From Chlorokybus atmophyticus (lineage: Eukaryota > Plantae > Mesostigma and Chlorokybus algae): a stretch of 64,000 nucleotides of DNA. Location of the stretch: positions 913,387-977,386 of the forward strand of contig RHPI01000810.1 of assembly GCA_009103225.1 (NCBI GenBank). Direction: 5' to 3'. The position numbers and the translations under genes are program-made. This document shows positions 49,555 through 62,670 of this stretch, one piece after another. Each line of letters opens with the position of its first letter. The stretch's first letter is position 1. Under the pieces are notes generated by a model, which saw only the letters and a program-made list of their open reading frames with translations, did not search any database and was not told where the DNA came from.

Positions 49555-50741
49555 CATTGGTGAGGACCTCAAGGAGTTGCAGTGGATGGTGTTCGTCCGT
49601 CCTCTCCCACTGCAAGGGCGCGTGAAGGACATGCGCAGACGGAGGTCGTAGACACAAAGGTCTGTGAGAGTTACTGCTAGCCTATGAGTAGTTGCTGGTG
49701 TTGAGCTGCATACACTAGAGGTTGCATTGCTGTGGAGTTGTTTTTTGGTAGCACACAGGTGTGCGGTACTGGATAGAACACTTCAATTGATTGGCATGCA
49801 AGGACTGAGTTGTATAGCTAGCTAACAGGAGATGGGAGGGGTGCTTTCCTTGGTAGAAGGGTCTGATCAACCCTTGCACGGCCTACACTCTGGTACAGCA
49901 TTGCTAAGGTAGAGAACTCAGTGTAGTTTATAGCATAGTTTGCCATTGAGGGAGTCCTCGAAACCACCTGAGCAAGGTCAGGCGTGGCGTGGTGGAACCT
50001 GATGCGACAACTATGAGGAGGAAACAAGGAGTATTGGAACCTTGTAATCCTGCTGGCAGCACGAGGAGAAGGATGGTGTCGTGGAGACAAGCATCAAGTC
50101 CGTGGGAGCAACACATCCGTGGGAGTGTTCGATGGAGTAAGTTAATGTGGGTAAGCTTGCGAGAAGATCTTGAAGTTCAAGGTCAAGCTGCTCGCGTGGG
50201 AGTGTTAGATGTTATAGCTTGTTGAAAGTACATGTATAGGCGGCGCCTACATGTAGTTGGTACGATCAGCTTAACCTTTATAGTTACGGGAGTTACGAGA
50301 GTTACGAGAGTTACGGGAGTTACGGGAGTTACGGCAGTTATGGTCAACCATGGTCAACTTTGACTTTGACCGTTGACTTTGACCATTGACTAGTGTTGAC
50401 TAGTGTTGACTTTGACCAGAGTTGACTAGAGTTGACTAGTGCTTAGTAGCATAGTATATAAGACACTGTATACTGCTTAATACAGTGGGTCGCACATTGT
50501 CTCTATAGTTGGCGTGCTTGCTGCACTTGTCCTTAGTGTGTGCACACTTGTATGTAGGAGGCAAATACACACACACTAGGCGCATCACTAGTTCTCAACA
50601 CAAAGTCCGTGATTTGTACGGTTATGGGCCCACACTCGCTTGTGTGATCGCTTGTGCTAGTGAGAGAAAGTGTTGAGCATAGGCGCCTACTAGTAGAGTG
50701 TTCTTGGGGAGAGGGTGAGTTGTACTATTGTGTAGCAAGCA

Positions 50742-51527
50742 ATGGCTGACACAAATAGGATGCCCATCGAGTCCCTTGATCTGCACAACTACGCTTCATG
50801 GTCGCTGAAGATGAAGTTGGTGCTGATCCGCAAGAAGCTCTGGAGTTTTGTCGATCCCACCTCCTCCACATCATTGCGGCCAAGAACAGGTGACACTGGT
50901 ACCTGGACAGAGAACTCACAATCAGCTTTTGCGCTGATAGGCTTGCACGTCAAAGACTTCCATCTCCCTCTTATTGCGGATTGCAAGACTGGACGTGAGG
51001 CGTGGGAGGTCTTCGACACCCTCTTCAAGGCCAATAGCAACTCGCGCAAGTTGCAGCTGAGACGCAAGCTGACACTTCTGAAGATGGAGCACAAAGAGCC
51101 AATCCAGAAGTACATCTCGCGTGCAAGGGAGCTTTGGCAAGACCTTGCAGCAGTGGGCCACGATGTGAAGGAAGAGGAGGTGATGTGGGCAGTCTTAGCT
51201 GGCTTAGGAAAGAGCTTTGCTACGCTAGTGACTGTGTTTGAGTCCTCAGATGTGGTTTTGAAGTTTGCTGATGTAGTGCCTAAGCTGCTAGCTGTGGAAG
51301 GCAAGTTGGATGTTCAGGAGATAGAGAATGGTGGAGAACCTATCGCACTTTCTGCCTCATCTTCTCAACACACACGAAGCAGGAGCAAAGCAGGTGGTGG
51401 GAAGCCATCACGTGACAAAGAGTGTCACTACTGCAAGATGAAGGGCCACTTCATTCGCGAGTGCCAAAAGAGGATCCACGATGAGGCAACCAAGGAGGAG
51501 CACGCCACGATGGCGATTGCTTTCTAG
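50742..51527 (+). CDS. Copia-type Gag, 261 aa, intact, with CCHC knuckle
   Basis: NYASWSLKMKLVL...LWSFV; CHYCKMKGHFIREC. Confidence 0.9.
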   Translation: MADTNRMPIESLDLHNYASWSLKMKLVLIRKKLWSFVDPTSSTSLRPRTGDTGTWTENSQSAFALIGLHVKDFHLPLIADCKTGREAWEVFDTLFKANSNSRKLQLRRKLTLLKMEHKEPIQKYISRARELWQDLAAVGHDVKEEEVMWAVLAGLGKSFATLVTVFESSDVVLKFADVVPKLLAVEGKLDVQEIENGGEPIALSASSSQHTRSRSKAGGGKPSRDKECHYCKMKGHFIRECQKRIHDEATKEEHATMAIAF

Positions 51528-52695
51528 CATTGGTGAGGACCTCAAGGAGTTGCAGTGGATGGTGTTCGTCCGTCCTCTCCCACTGCAAGGGCGCGTGAAG
51601 GACATGCGTAGACGGAGGTCGCAGACACAAAGGTCTGTGAGAGTTACTGCTAGCCTATGAGTAGTTGCTGGTGTTGAGCTGCATACACTAGAGGTTGCAT
51701 TGCTGTGGAGTTGTTTTTTGGTAGCACACAGGTGTGCGGTACTGGATAGAACACTTCAATTGATTGGCATGCAAGGACTTAGTTGTATAGCTAGCTAACA
51801 GGAGATGGGAGGGGTGCTTTCCTTGGTAGAAGGGTCTGATCAACCCTTGCACGGCCTACACTCTGGTACAGCATTGCTAAGGTAGAGAACTCAGTGTAGT
51901 TTATAGCATAGTTTGCCATTGAGGGAGTCCTCGAAACCACCTGAGCAAGGTCAGGCGTGGCGTGGTGGAACCTGATGCGACAACTATGAGGAGGAAACAA
52001 GGAGTATTGGAACCTTGTAGTCCTGCTGGCAGCACGAGGAGAAGGATGGTGTCATGGAGACAAGCATCAAGTCCGTGGGAGCAACACATCCGTGGGAGTG
52101 TTCAATGGAGTAAGTTAATGTGGGTAAGCTTGCGAGAAGAACTTGGAGTTCAAGGTCAAGCTGCTCGCGTGGGAGTGTTAAATGTTATAGCTTGTTGAAA
52201 GTACATGTATAGGCGGCGCCTACATGTAGTTGGTACGATCAGCTTAACCTTTATAGTTACGGGAGTTACGAGAGTTACGAGAGTTACGGGAGTTACGGGA
52301 GTTACGGCAGTTATGGTCAACCATGGTCAACTTTGACTTTGACCGTTGACTTTGACCATTGACTAGTGTTGACTAGTGTTGACTTTGACCAGAGTTGACT
52401 AGAGTTGACTAGTGCTTAGTAGCATAGTATATAAGACACTGTATACTGCTTAATACAGTGGGTCGCACATTGTCTCTGTAGTTGGCGTGCTTGCTGCACT
52501 TGTCCTTAGTGTGTGCACACTTGTATGTAGGAGGCAAATACACACACACTAGGCGCATCACTAGTTCTCAACAGGTTATGGGCCCACACTCGCTTGTGTG
52601 ATCGCTTGTGCTAGTGAGGGAAAGTGTTGAGCATAGGCGCCTACTAGTAGAGTGTTCTTGGGGAGAGGGTGAGTTGTACTATTGTGTAGCAAGCA

Positions 52696-53481
52696 ATGGC
52701 TGACACAGATAGGATGCCCATCGAGTCCCTTGATCTGCACAACTACGCTTCATGGTCGCTGAAGATGAAGTTGGTGCTGATCCGCAAGAAGCTCTGGAGT
52801 TTTGTCGACCCCACCTCCTCCACATCATTGCGGCCAAGAACAGGTGACACTGGTACCTGGACAGAGAACTCACAATCAGCTTTTGCGCTGATAGGCTTGC
52901 ACGTCAAAGACTTCCATCTCCCTCTTATTGCGGATTGCAAGACTGGACGTGAGGCGTGGGAGGTCTTCGACACCCTCTTCAAGGCCAATAGCAACTCGCG
53001 CAAGTTGCAGCTGAGACGCAAGCTGACACTTGTGATGATGGAGCACAACGAGCCAATACAGAAGTACATCTCGCGTGCAAGGGAGCTTTGGCAAGACCTT
53101 GCAGCAGTGGGCCACGATGTGAAGGAAGAGGAGGTGATGTGGGCAGTCTTAGCTGGCTTAGGAAAGAGCTTTGCTACGCTAGTGACTGTGTTGGAGTCCT
53201 CAGATGTGGTTTTGAAGTTTGCTGATGTAGTGCCTAAGCTGCTAGCTGTGGAAGGCAAGTTGGATGTTCAGGAGATAGAGAATGGTGGAGAACCTATCGC
53301 ACTTTCTGCCTCATCTTCTCAACACACACGAAACAGGAGCAAAGCAGGTGGTGGGAAGCCATCACGTGGCAAAGAGTGTCACTACTGCAAGATGAAGGGC
53401 CACTTCATTCGCGAGTGCCAAAAGAGGATCCACGATGAGGCAACCAAGGAGGAGCACGCCACGATGGCGATTGCTTTCTAG
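52696..53481 (+). CDS. Copia-type Gag, 261 aa, intact
   Basis: Near-identical to 50742-51527. Confidence 0.9.
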   Translation: MADTDRMPIESLDLHNYASWSLKMKLVLIRKKLWSFVDPTSSTSLRPRTGDTGTWTENSQSAFALIGLHVKDFHLPLIADCKTGREAWEVFDTLFKANSNSRKLQLRRKLTLVMMEHNEPIQKYISRARELWQDLAAVGHDVKEEEVMWAVLAGLGKSFATLVTVLESSDVVLKFADVVPKLLAVEGKLDVQEIENGGEPIALSASSSQHTRNRSKAGGGKPSRGKECHYCKMKGHFIRECQKRIHDEATKEEHATMAIAF

Positions 53482-54585
53482 CATTAATGAGGAATTCAAG
53501 GAGTTGCAGTGGATGGTGTTCGTCCGTCCTCTCCCAGTGCAAGGGCGCGTGAAGGACATGCGCAGACGGAGGTCGCAGACACAAAGGTCTGTGAGAGTTA
53601 CTGCTAGCCTATGAGTAGTTGCTGGTGTTGAGCTGCATACACTAGAGGTTGCATTGCTGTGGAGTTGTTTTTGGTAGCACACAGGTGTGCGGTACTGGAT
53701 AGAACACTTCATTTGATTGGCATGCAAGGACTGAGTTGTATAGCTAGCTAACAGGAGATGGGAGGGGTGCTTTCCTTGGTAGAAGTGTCTGATCAACCCT
53801 TGCACGGCCTACACTCTGGTACAGCATTGCTAAGGTAGAGAACTCAGTGTAGTTTATAGCATAGTTTGCCATTGAGGGAGTCCTCGAAACCACCTGAGCA
53901 AGGTCAGGCGTGGTGTGGTGGAACCTGATGCGACAACTATGAGGAGGAAACAAGAAGTATTGGAACCTTGTAGTCCTGGTNTGTGGTGGAACCTGATGCG
54001 ACAACTATGAGGAGGAAACAAGAAGTATTGGAACCTTGTAATGCTGGTGGCAGCATGAGGAGAAAGATGGTGTCATGGAGACAAGCATCGAGTCCGTGGG
54101 AGCAACAGATCCGTGGGAGTGTTCAATGGAGTAAGTTAATGTGGGTAAGCTTGCGAGAAGATCTTGGAGTTCAAGGTCAAGCTGCTCGCGTGGGAGTGTT
54201 AAATGTTACAGCTTGTTGAAAGTACATGTATAGTCGGCGCCTACATGTAGTCGGTACGATCAGCTTAACCTTCATAGTTACGGGAGTTACGAGAGTTACG
54301 AGAGTTACGGGAGTTACGGCAGTTATGGTCAACCATGGTCAACTTTGACTTTGACCATTGACTTTGACCATTGACTAGTGTTGACTAGTGTTGACTTTGA
54401 CCAGAGTTGACTAGAGTTGACTAGTACTTAGTAGCATAGTATATAAGACACTGTATACTGCTTAATACAGTGGGTCGCACATTGTCTCTATAGTTGGCGT
54501 GCTTGCTGCACTTGTCCTTAGTGTGTGCACACTTGTATGTAGGAGGCAAATACACACACACTAGGCGCATCACTAGTTCTCAACA

Positions 54586-56560
54586 CTCGAGAGTTGTGGG
54601 ACACTTTTGTTGACGCCCTACATGATGATTTTATCAATGAGCGACGGAAGGTACATACACAATCTTGGGAATATATATATTTGTAATTTACATAATACTG
54701 CGTGCTTATGTCCATTATACATGTGCGCTATGTATCAAAGAGGAGAACTTGCTATGCGCAATAATGGACGATGTGTTACATGCGGCACGTGATTTGCAAA
54801 AGCTCTGACGTGGTATTGACTGCAGAGCTTCACTCGACAAGTTTGATCTCGGCCATCTTATACCTGATGGATTTGATGACGAATGATCCGGTTGCGTTAA
54901 GATGAGGTGCACCGTTACAATGCTGAAGAGCAGCAGCAAACTGCTGCGGAGCGCGCAGTAAAGTTGAATGATGCTCAGGGTGTCATCTTCAACGCGGTAG
55001 TAGCGGCCAATTAGAGCACCGAGAGCGACCCGCCAGCAAATAGAACTTTTATCATTGATGGTTTAGGCGGGACAGGCAAAACGTTTGTCTACTACACTGT
55101 TGTTGTACGTGCGCGGGCGTGCTCAATTTGCGCTAGCGGTTGCCTCCTCCAAAATAGCGGTACTGTTGCTCGAAGGTATACGTGTCGTCGCCAAATCGTG
55201 ACATAATGCATGCATCATGCGGCACGCACCTGGGTACAGAGCACACAATAACGATAATTTATCAATACATTACCATATGCAGGGGTGGCCACCGTGCATA
55301 AGAGATTTAGCATTCCCAATCCCATTACAAACATGTTAACATGCTGGATCTCACGTAACTCTCTTGAGGCAGAGTTGATACGTCATGCCAAGTTTGTATA
55401 GGAGGAAGCACTTATGCAACATAGGCATGCCTTTGAGGCGATTCATCGCACATTGGTCGACGTCATATAAAAACGACAACATATCTGGTGAGAAGGTGGT
55501 CGTCTTTGGTGGCGACTTTTGCCAAGTGCTACCGGTTGTGCCGAAAGGGCGTCGCGCAAACATTGTGATCGCGAGCTTGAACAAGTCCAAGAAGCTGTGG
55601 TCACACACATTGTGCGCTTGAAGTTACACACCAACATGCGTGTGCAAACCATGCTTGCTGAAGGTGATGCTGTATCTGCCGAGCAACAACAGCGCCTTTT
55701 CATGTACCTGAAAGGAATTGGTGAGGGTACAGAGCCCGTGCACTCATACAAAGGTGACGACATGGTGCAGCTGCCAATTGACATATGCTGCACAAAAAAC
55801 GACATGGACGGTATACCGATTACCGACGTACACGGCAAGTTACGCGACTGGGATCGCTACAGCGAGGCACGCAGTGAGTATTTTATTGAGCGCAATCTTC
55901 ACCTTTATGAACAAAATTGTGGACGAAATTAACAAGCGCATAATAGATCAACTCAATGATGGTAAGCACATATTTAAATATGAAACAAGCTCATGATTGC
56001 TTACCCATAGTTGCTAACAAGTCGTTAACACAGCTGCTGAAGTGGTTTACAAAAACGCGGACATCATCATACAGCAAGAGTGTCGAAACGACTATCCTGT
56101 AGAATATCTAAACACCATAGTGATATCGGGCATGCCGCCACATGAGCTGCATTTGATGATTGAAACGCCAATTATTCTGTTGTGCAATCTATCGGGTGGC
56201 TTAGCAAACGGCACGCAACTAATATGCAAAATGTTGCTGCCACGCGTGATTGAAGCAGAAGTAGCCACTGGCCCGATTGCAGATTGACGAGTGTGGTTGT
56301 CGCAACTGAAGCTGACACCATTTGATCAAGAAGGTATGCGTTCACATTGCGGCGAGTGCAGTTTTTGATACGAGCAACATTTGCAATGACCATCAACAAG
56401 GCACAAGGGCAAACACTGAAAAAAGTTGGTATCTATTTACCAGATTCGGTGAATACGCACGGCCAATTTCATGTAGCTATGTCACGAGTTGACAACCGTA
56501 ATGGAGTACGTTTAGCAACCGCAGGTTATACAAAGCCACCTGACAAGGTGTATATACGGA
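54586..56560 (+). pseudogene. Helitron RepHel C-terminal part (PIF1-like helicase), decayed; Rep domain absent
   Basis: RELWDTFVDALHDDF; IDGLGGTGKT; HKRFSIP; VFGGDFCQVLPVV; LHTNMRVQ; GMPPHELHL...PIILLCNL...GLANGT; RVQFLIRATFAMTINKAQGQTL...HGQFHVAMSRV. Confidence 0.9.
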
Positions 56561-57434
56561 AGATGTTGTGTATTGTGAAGTGCTTCAGCAGTAACGAATT
56601 GAACGAAGATTATCACATTAAATTTTTTGTTTCATCGCATACATATCATAAATAAATTAAGTTAATAAAAACGGTTCGATATAAAAGATGTGTTCATAAC
56701 AACTTGAGTAGAGTATTACAAATGCACAACGCCAAAAATACGAAATAGAAGCTATGTTGATCAATGTGACGGCTCAATAATGCATGAATAGTTAGAAGTG
56801 TAGCACATTGCAAGGGCTGCTGATGAACGGCACATGGCGTTGACATCAATTGGCGGTCGCTCAGTTCCAACCATTGTGATGGGACGCGCAATTGAGTTAC
56901 ATTACGGCGCGCAGCTGGCCATTGCTGTAGGCGAGGCGACAAGTAGCCGCATGTAGGAATGGCACAGTAAATGAATGCTACTTGAGACCCTTATTGTGCA
57001 CGGGTTGCCACACACTAATTCCCAATATACGTACTTTACGATAAGGTAACAAGCACAACATGGGTTGATATCCGCGGCAGACTCAGAATCCTCCAATATC
57101 TGCCACAAGTCATGAAAACGTGGTGCTCGACCAATGGGCCAAAAAAGGCCCAAATATCATAATACTTGGTCTCAACCGTTACACTCCTCCCCCCCCCCCC
57201 CCCCCNNNNNNNNNNNNNNNNNNNNNNNNNNNNNNNNNNNNNNNNNNNNNNNNNNNNNNNNNNNNNNNNNNNNNNNNNNNNNNNNNNNNNNNNNNNNNNN
57301 NNNNNNNNNNNNNNNNNNNNNNNNNNNNNNNNNNNNNNNNNNNNNNNNNNNNNNNNNNNNNNNNNNNNNNNNNNNNNNNNNNNNNNNNNNNNNNNNNNNN
57401 NNNNNNNNNNNNNCCCCCCCCCCCCCCCCCCCAA

Positions 57435-58256
57435 GTGAGCTTCATTCTTGAAGCTCCCAAGGATTCTTTAGTCATCATTGCAAATACTGCTGCAGGACAT
57501 GTTGTGCGAGCATTTGCCAAGTGCTGCTTCGGTTTTCAAGTGGCTTCATGCGTATAGTAGCCTTTCCACTTCACTAATTGCTTGCACACGTTGCGCACCG
57601 TCTTCTCACCCATTATGTCCTCCACTTCGTGTTCCATATGATATTGCGTAGCCAACTCAAGCGGTGGACGCAATGGTGGGTTTCCTCAATATGATTGTAG
57701 CAAAGATATGTGAAAGACAGGGTGGATGTGCATACAGTTGGGAAGTTGCAACTTAAACATTACGTCCAAAACCACTTTTTTGCCTTGAAGTTGCCCGAGC
57801 CAGCGCTCACTTAACTTGCAAACTCCAGCACGCACCTATAAGTTCCTCGCGTAAAGCAATACCATGTCGCCTTTTCGAAATGTAACATGTCTACTATGCG
57901 TGTCTGCTTACTCTTTTTGCCTAATTTGTGCCACTATCAGCGCCTCTCTTGCTACCTTGTTGATGTCCGCATACATTGAGAGAAAATTGCTTACTGCTTC
58001 CACATCAACGTCCTTGCGTCGCGGGGTCCACGCCGTTTGTGGTGAGTGTTGGCCGTGGTTGATGAGAAAGGGGGTGACACTCGTGCTTGCATTGGTGTGG
58101 TTGCTAATGGCAAATTCAACCACTGCCAGCAACTCCGCCCAATTGTCTTGCTATGCATTCACATAGCAGCGCAACATATCTTAAATCACATAATTGGCTC
58201 GCTCCGTTTAGCCATTTGTTTGCGGGTGGAAAGCCGCGCTACACTTTCCATATGCA
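57435..58256 (-). mobile_element. Gypsy chromovirus fragment (integrase C-terminus, chromodomain, PPT)
   Basis: LAVVEFAISNHTNASTSVTPFLINHG; GDMVLL; HIHPVFHISLL; LVKWKGY; ends in a CACTTGGGGGG tract next to the gap. Confidence 0.85.
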
Positions 58257-60325
58257 TGTTAAAGATACCTGTGTAGGTGGCGCCTTAGCTAAACTTCTAC
58301 GATCAACTTATCTTCGGGAGTTACGGGAGTTATGGTCAACGGCCATTACGGGAGTTATGGGAGTTACAGTCACCCTTGGTGACTTTGACTTTGACCATTG
58401 ACTTTGACTTTGACTAGTGTTGACTAGTGTTGACTAGCACTCACTAGTGTACTATATAAGACACTGTCTGTTGTGTAATACAGTAAGATCCATTCTGCTC
58501 TATTATCAGCGCCACACTTGTGCTTGTCATTGTTGCTACTGTGCAATCTCAATAAATTATGGGCCCACACTAGCGCCAACATAGCACACACAAGTTGGTG
58601 TAACTTGGGGAGGTGCCGTCTTCATTGCAGGCTACCAAAGGAAGCATGGTGACCAGCTACGACACGATGAATATCGAACCACTGGACCTGGATAACTATG
58701 GGACATGGAGCATGCGGATGCAGATGCTACTCATGCACAAAGATGTATGGTCGGTGGTGGATCCCATGGAGCGCCCTCTTGATTTAAAGGACGCACCCAC
58801 AAAGAAAAAGTCCAATCTGGCACTTGCGTTGATAGGATTGAATGTGGTACAACATCACTTTGCGCTTGTTGCACGTTGCAAGCTTGCTAGAGAATTGTAG
58901 CAGGAGTTTTCTAAGGTTTACAAGGCTAAAAACAATGCTAAAAAGTTGCAGTTGAGGAAGCAATTGAATGCTTTGAGAAAGGATGCTGCTGAACCTATCA
59001 TAAAGTTCATCTCACGAGCCAAGCAGCTGTGGGACGACTTGCTTGCCATTGAACATGAAGTGAAGGAGGTGGAGGTGGTCTGGGTCATCCTTGCTAGCTT
59101 ACTCAAGGAGTTCCAGGTGACTGTCACCATTTTGGAGTCAACTAGTGAGGAGCTCACCCTCGAGACCATCACCCCACGCTGACTTCAGGTCGAGCGACGC
59201 GCATCCACTTCACGCCAGGATGAGGCTGAAGCTGTGGCATTCGCGGCACAATCCAATTCACGTTTCAACAACAACAATGGTGGTGGGAAAAAGGAGACGG
59301 GTAGATGTCACTACTGCGACAAGAAGGGACACCTAAAGAAGGACTGCCGAAAGTTGAAGCGCGATCACCAACAGAAACAAGGTTCTGATAAGCATGCTAT
59401 AGCACTTGCTGCTAGCACTACTGCTATCGAGAGCGCTTGGTTGTTGAATTTTGCGTGCACCCAGCATATGACCCCACATAGACATGAGATCCAGGAATAT
59501 TATGCTCAGAGTGATGCTGCTGCTGTGAAAGTGAGCTTTGGCAACAAGCTGCACTTGCAAGTTGTGGGAGTGGGCACCGTCATTCTACACACAAAGGTGG
59601 CGGGCGCTACACAAGAAGTGGCCCTGAAGGAGGTAATTCACGTGCCGGGACTAGCCTCCATCCTGTTATGTGTCCGAAGAGCTACAAGCGCGGGCGCCAA
59701 AGTTGACTTCACTGCTGCAAAGTGTCAAGTTAATGTGAAAAACGTCATTGTTGTGGAGGGCACACTGCTAGGAAGTCTGAATTGCATCAAATTGGACCGG
59801 CAGCATGCGATGTCTGTGGCAGTCACTGCATCAGCAACAGCACTTTTATGGCATCGGCGACTCGGACATCTTGGGTGGGACAACATGGCAAGATTGGTGG
59901 CTGAAGGCATGGTGAATGGAATCAACATACAAGTGGAGGACATGAAAGCAGCAGAAGGTGATCTGTGCGAGACGTGTGTGTTGAGCAAGATGCCTAGGCA
60001 ACCCTTTCCCACTTCTTTCTGCACCAGTACAGCACCCTTGCAGCTCGTACACACATTGATGGACGTGTGCGGACCCATGTCAGCTGCATCCGTAGGAGGA
60101 AATTAGTATGTTGCCACTTTTCTACATGACTTCAGCAAGCTATCTGCCATTGTATCTGTTGATGCGAAATCATATGTTGCTGCTGTAGTCAAGAGGATTC
60201 TCACTCTACTGGCTACACAAGCAATGACAAAGGTGTTAGCGTTCAGAAGTGATTGGGCGCTGAATACCTCAACCACACCTTCAAGAGCTATCTGGAAGAG
60301 CACGGTATCAAACATGAGACCACTG

Positions 60326-62670
60326 TGTTGAGAACTAGCGATGCGCATAGTGTGTGTGTATTTGCCTCCTACATACAAGTGTGCACACACTAAGGACAAG
60401 TGCAACAAGCACGCCAACTATAGAGACAATGTGCGACCCACTGTATTAAGCAGTATACAGTGTCTTATATACTATGCTACTAAGCACTAGTCAACTCTAG
60501 TCAACTCTGGTCAAAGTCAACACTAGTCAACATTAGTCAATGGTCAAAGTCAACGGTCAAAGTTGACCATGGTTGACCATAACTGCCGTAACTGCCGTAA
60601 CTCCCGTAACTCTCGTAACTCTCGTAACTCCCGTAACTATGAAGGTTAAGCTGATCGTACCGACTACATGTAGGCGCCGCCTATACATGTACTTTCAACA
60701 AGCTAAAACATTCAACACTCCCACGCGAGCAGCTTGACCTTGAACTCCAAGATCTTCTCGCAAGCTTACCCACATTAACTTACTCCATTGAACACTCCCA
60801 CGGATCTGTTGCTCCCACGGACTCGATGCTTGTCTCCATGACACTATCTTTCTCCTTGTGCTGCCAGCAGAACTACAAGGTTCCATTACTCCTTGTTTCC
60901 TCCTCATAGTTGTCGCATCAGGTTCCACCACGCCACGCCTGACCTTGCTCAGATGGTTTCGAGGACTCCCTCGATGGCAAACTATGCTATAAACTACAAT
61001 GAGTTCTCTACCTTAGCAATGCTGTACCAGAGTGTAGGCCGTGCAAGGGTTGCTCAGACCCTTCTACCAAGGAAGCACCCCTCCCATCTCCTGTTAGCTA
61101 GCTATACAACTCAGTCCTTGCATGCCAATCAAGTGAAGTGTTCTAACTAGTACCGCACACCTGTGTGCTACCAAAAAACAACCTCACAGCAATGCAACCT
61201 CTAGTGTATGCAGCTCAACAACAGCAACTACTCATAGGCTAGCAGGAACTCTCACAGACCTTTGTGTCTGCGACCTCCGTCTGCGCATGTCCTTCACGCG
61301 CCCTTGCAGTGGGAGAGGACAGACGAACACCATCCACTGCAACTCCTTCAGGTCCTCACGCATGCTAGAAAGCAATCGCCATCGTGGCGTGCTCCTCCTT
61401 GGTTGCCTCATCTTGGATCCTCTTCTGGCAATCGCGAATGAAGTGGCCCTTCATCTTGCAGTAGTGACACTCTTTGTCACGTGATGGCTTCCCACCACCT
61501 GTTTTGCTCCTGCTTCGTGTGTGTTGAGAAGATGAGGCAGCAAATGCGATAGGTTCTCCACCATTCTCCATCTCCTGAACATCCAACTTGCCTTCCACAG
61601 CTAGCAGCTTAGGCACTACATCAGCAAACTTCAAAACCACATCTGAGGACTCCAACACAGTCACTAGCGTTGCAAAGCTCTTTCCTAAGCCAGCTAAGAC
61701 TGCCCACATCACCTCCTCTTCCTTCACGTCGTGGCCCACTGCTGCAAGGTCTTGCCAAAGCTCCCTTGCACGCGAGATGTACTTCTGAATTGGCTCGTTG
61801 TGCTCCATCTTCAAAAGTGTCAGCTTGCGTCTCAGCTGCAACTTGCGCGCATTGCTATTGGCCTTGAAGAGGGTGTCGAAGACCTCCCACGCCTCACGTC
61901 CAGTCTTGCAATCCGCAATAAGAGGGAGATGGAAGTCTTTGACGTGCAAGCCTATCAGCGCAAAAGCTGATTGTGAGTTCTCTGTCCAGGTACCAGTGTC
62001 ACCTGTTCTTGGCCGCAATGATGTGGAGGAGGTGGGGTCGACAAAACTCCAAAGCTTCTTGCGGATCAGCACCAACTTCATCTTCAGCGACCATGAAGCG
62101 TAGTTGTGCAGATCAAGGGACTCGATGGGCATCCTATCTGTGTCAGCCATTACTTGCTACACAATAGTACAACTCACCCTCTCCCCAAGAACACTCTACT
62201 AGTAGGCACCTATGCTCAACACTTTCTCTCACTAGCACAAGCAATCACACAAGCGAGTGTGGGCCCATAACCTGTTGAGAACTAGTGATGCGCCTAGTGT
62301 GTGTGTATTTGCCTCTTACATACAAGTGTGCACACACTAAGGACAAGTGCAACAAGCACGCCAACTATAAAGACAATGTGCGACCCACTGTATTAAGTAG
62401 TATACAGTGTCTTATATACTATGCTACTAAGCACTAGTCAACTCTAGTCAACTCTGGTCAAAGTCAACACTAGTCAACATTAGTCAATGGTCAAAGTCAA
62501 CGGTCAAAGTCAAAGTTGACCATGGTTGACCATAACTGCCGTAACTGCCGTAACTCCCGTAACTCTCGTAACTCTAGTAACTCCCGTAACTATGAAGGTT
62601 AAGCTGATCGTACCGACTACATGTAGGCGCCGCCTATACATGTACTTTCAACAAGCTATAACATTTAACA
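60326..62670 (-). mobile_element. Single gag-only non-autonomous LTR element with perfect TSD
   Basis: LTRs 60326-60717 and 62273-62670; PBS 62259-62272; TSD CACTG at 60321-60325 and 62671-62675. Confidence 0.95.
61365..62150 (-). CDS. Copia-type Gag, 261 aa, intact
   Basis: Near-identical to the array Gags. Confidence 0.9.
   Translation of the reverse strand: MADTDRMPIESLDLHNYASWSLKMKLVLIRKKLWSFVDPTSSTSLRPRTGDTGTWTENSQSAFALIGLHVKDFHLPLIADCKTGREAWEVFDTLFKANSNARKLQLRRKLTLLKMEHNEPIQKYISRARELWQDLAAVGHDVKEEEVMWAVLAGLGKSFATLVTVLESSDVVLKFADVVPKLLAVEGKLDVQEMENGGEPIAFAASSSQHTRSRSKTGGGKPSRDKECHYCKMKGHFIRDCQKRIQDEATKEEHATMAIAF

Larger units (their letters stand above)
48258..54585 (+). mobile_element. 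Tandem array of three gag-only non-autonomous LTR units sharing four LTRs (period about 1.95-2.0 kb)
   Basis: LTRs 48258-48646, 50203-50600, 52176-52573 and 54197-54585. The first three are followed by PBS GGTTATGGGCCCAC, and the last three are preceded by PPT GTGGGAG. Gag is the only long ORF. Single N at 53981. Confidence 0.92.

Noticed and set aside
56860-56950. Helitron 3' hairpin and CTRR end
   Set aside because: No clear GC-rich hairpin followed by CTAG could be identified.
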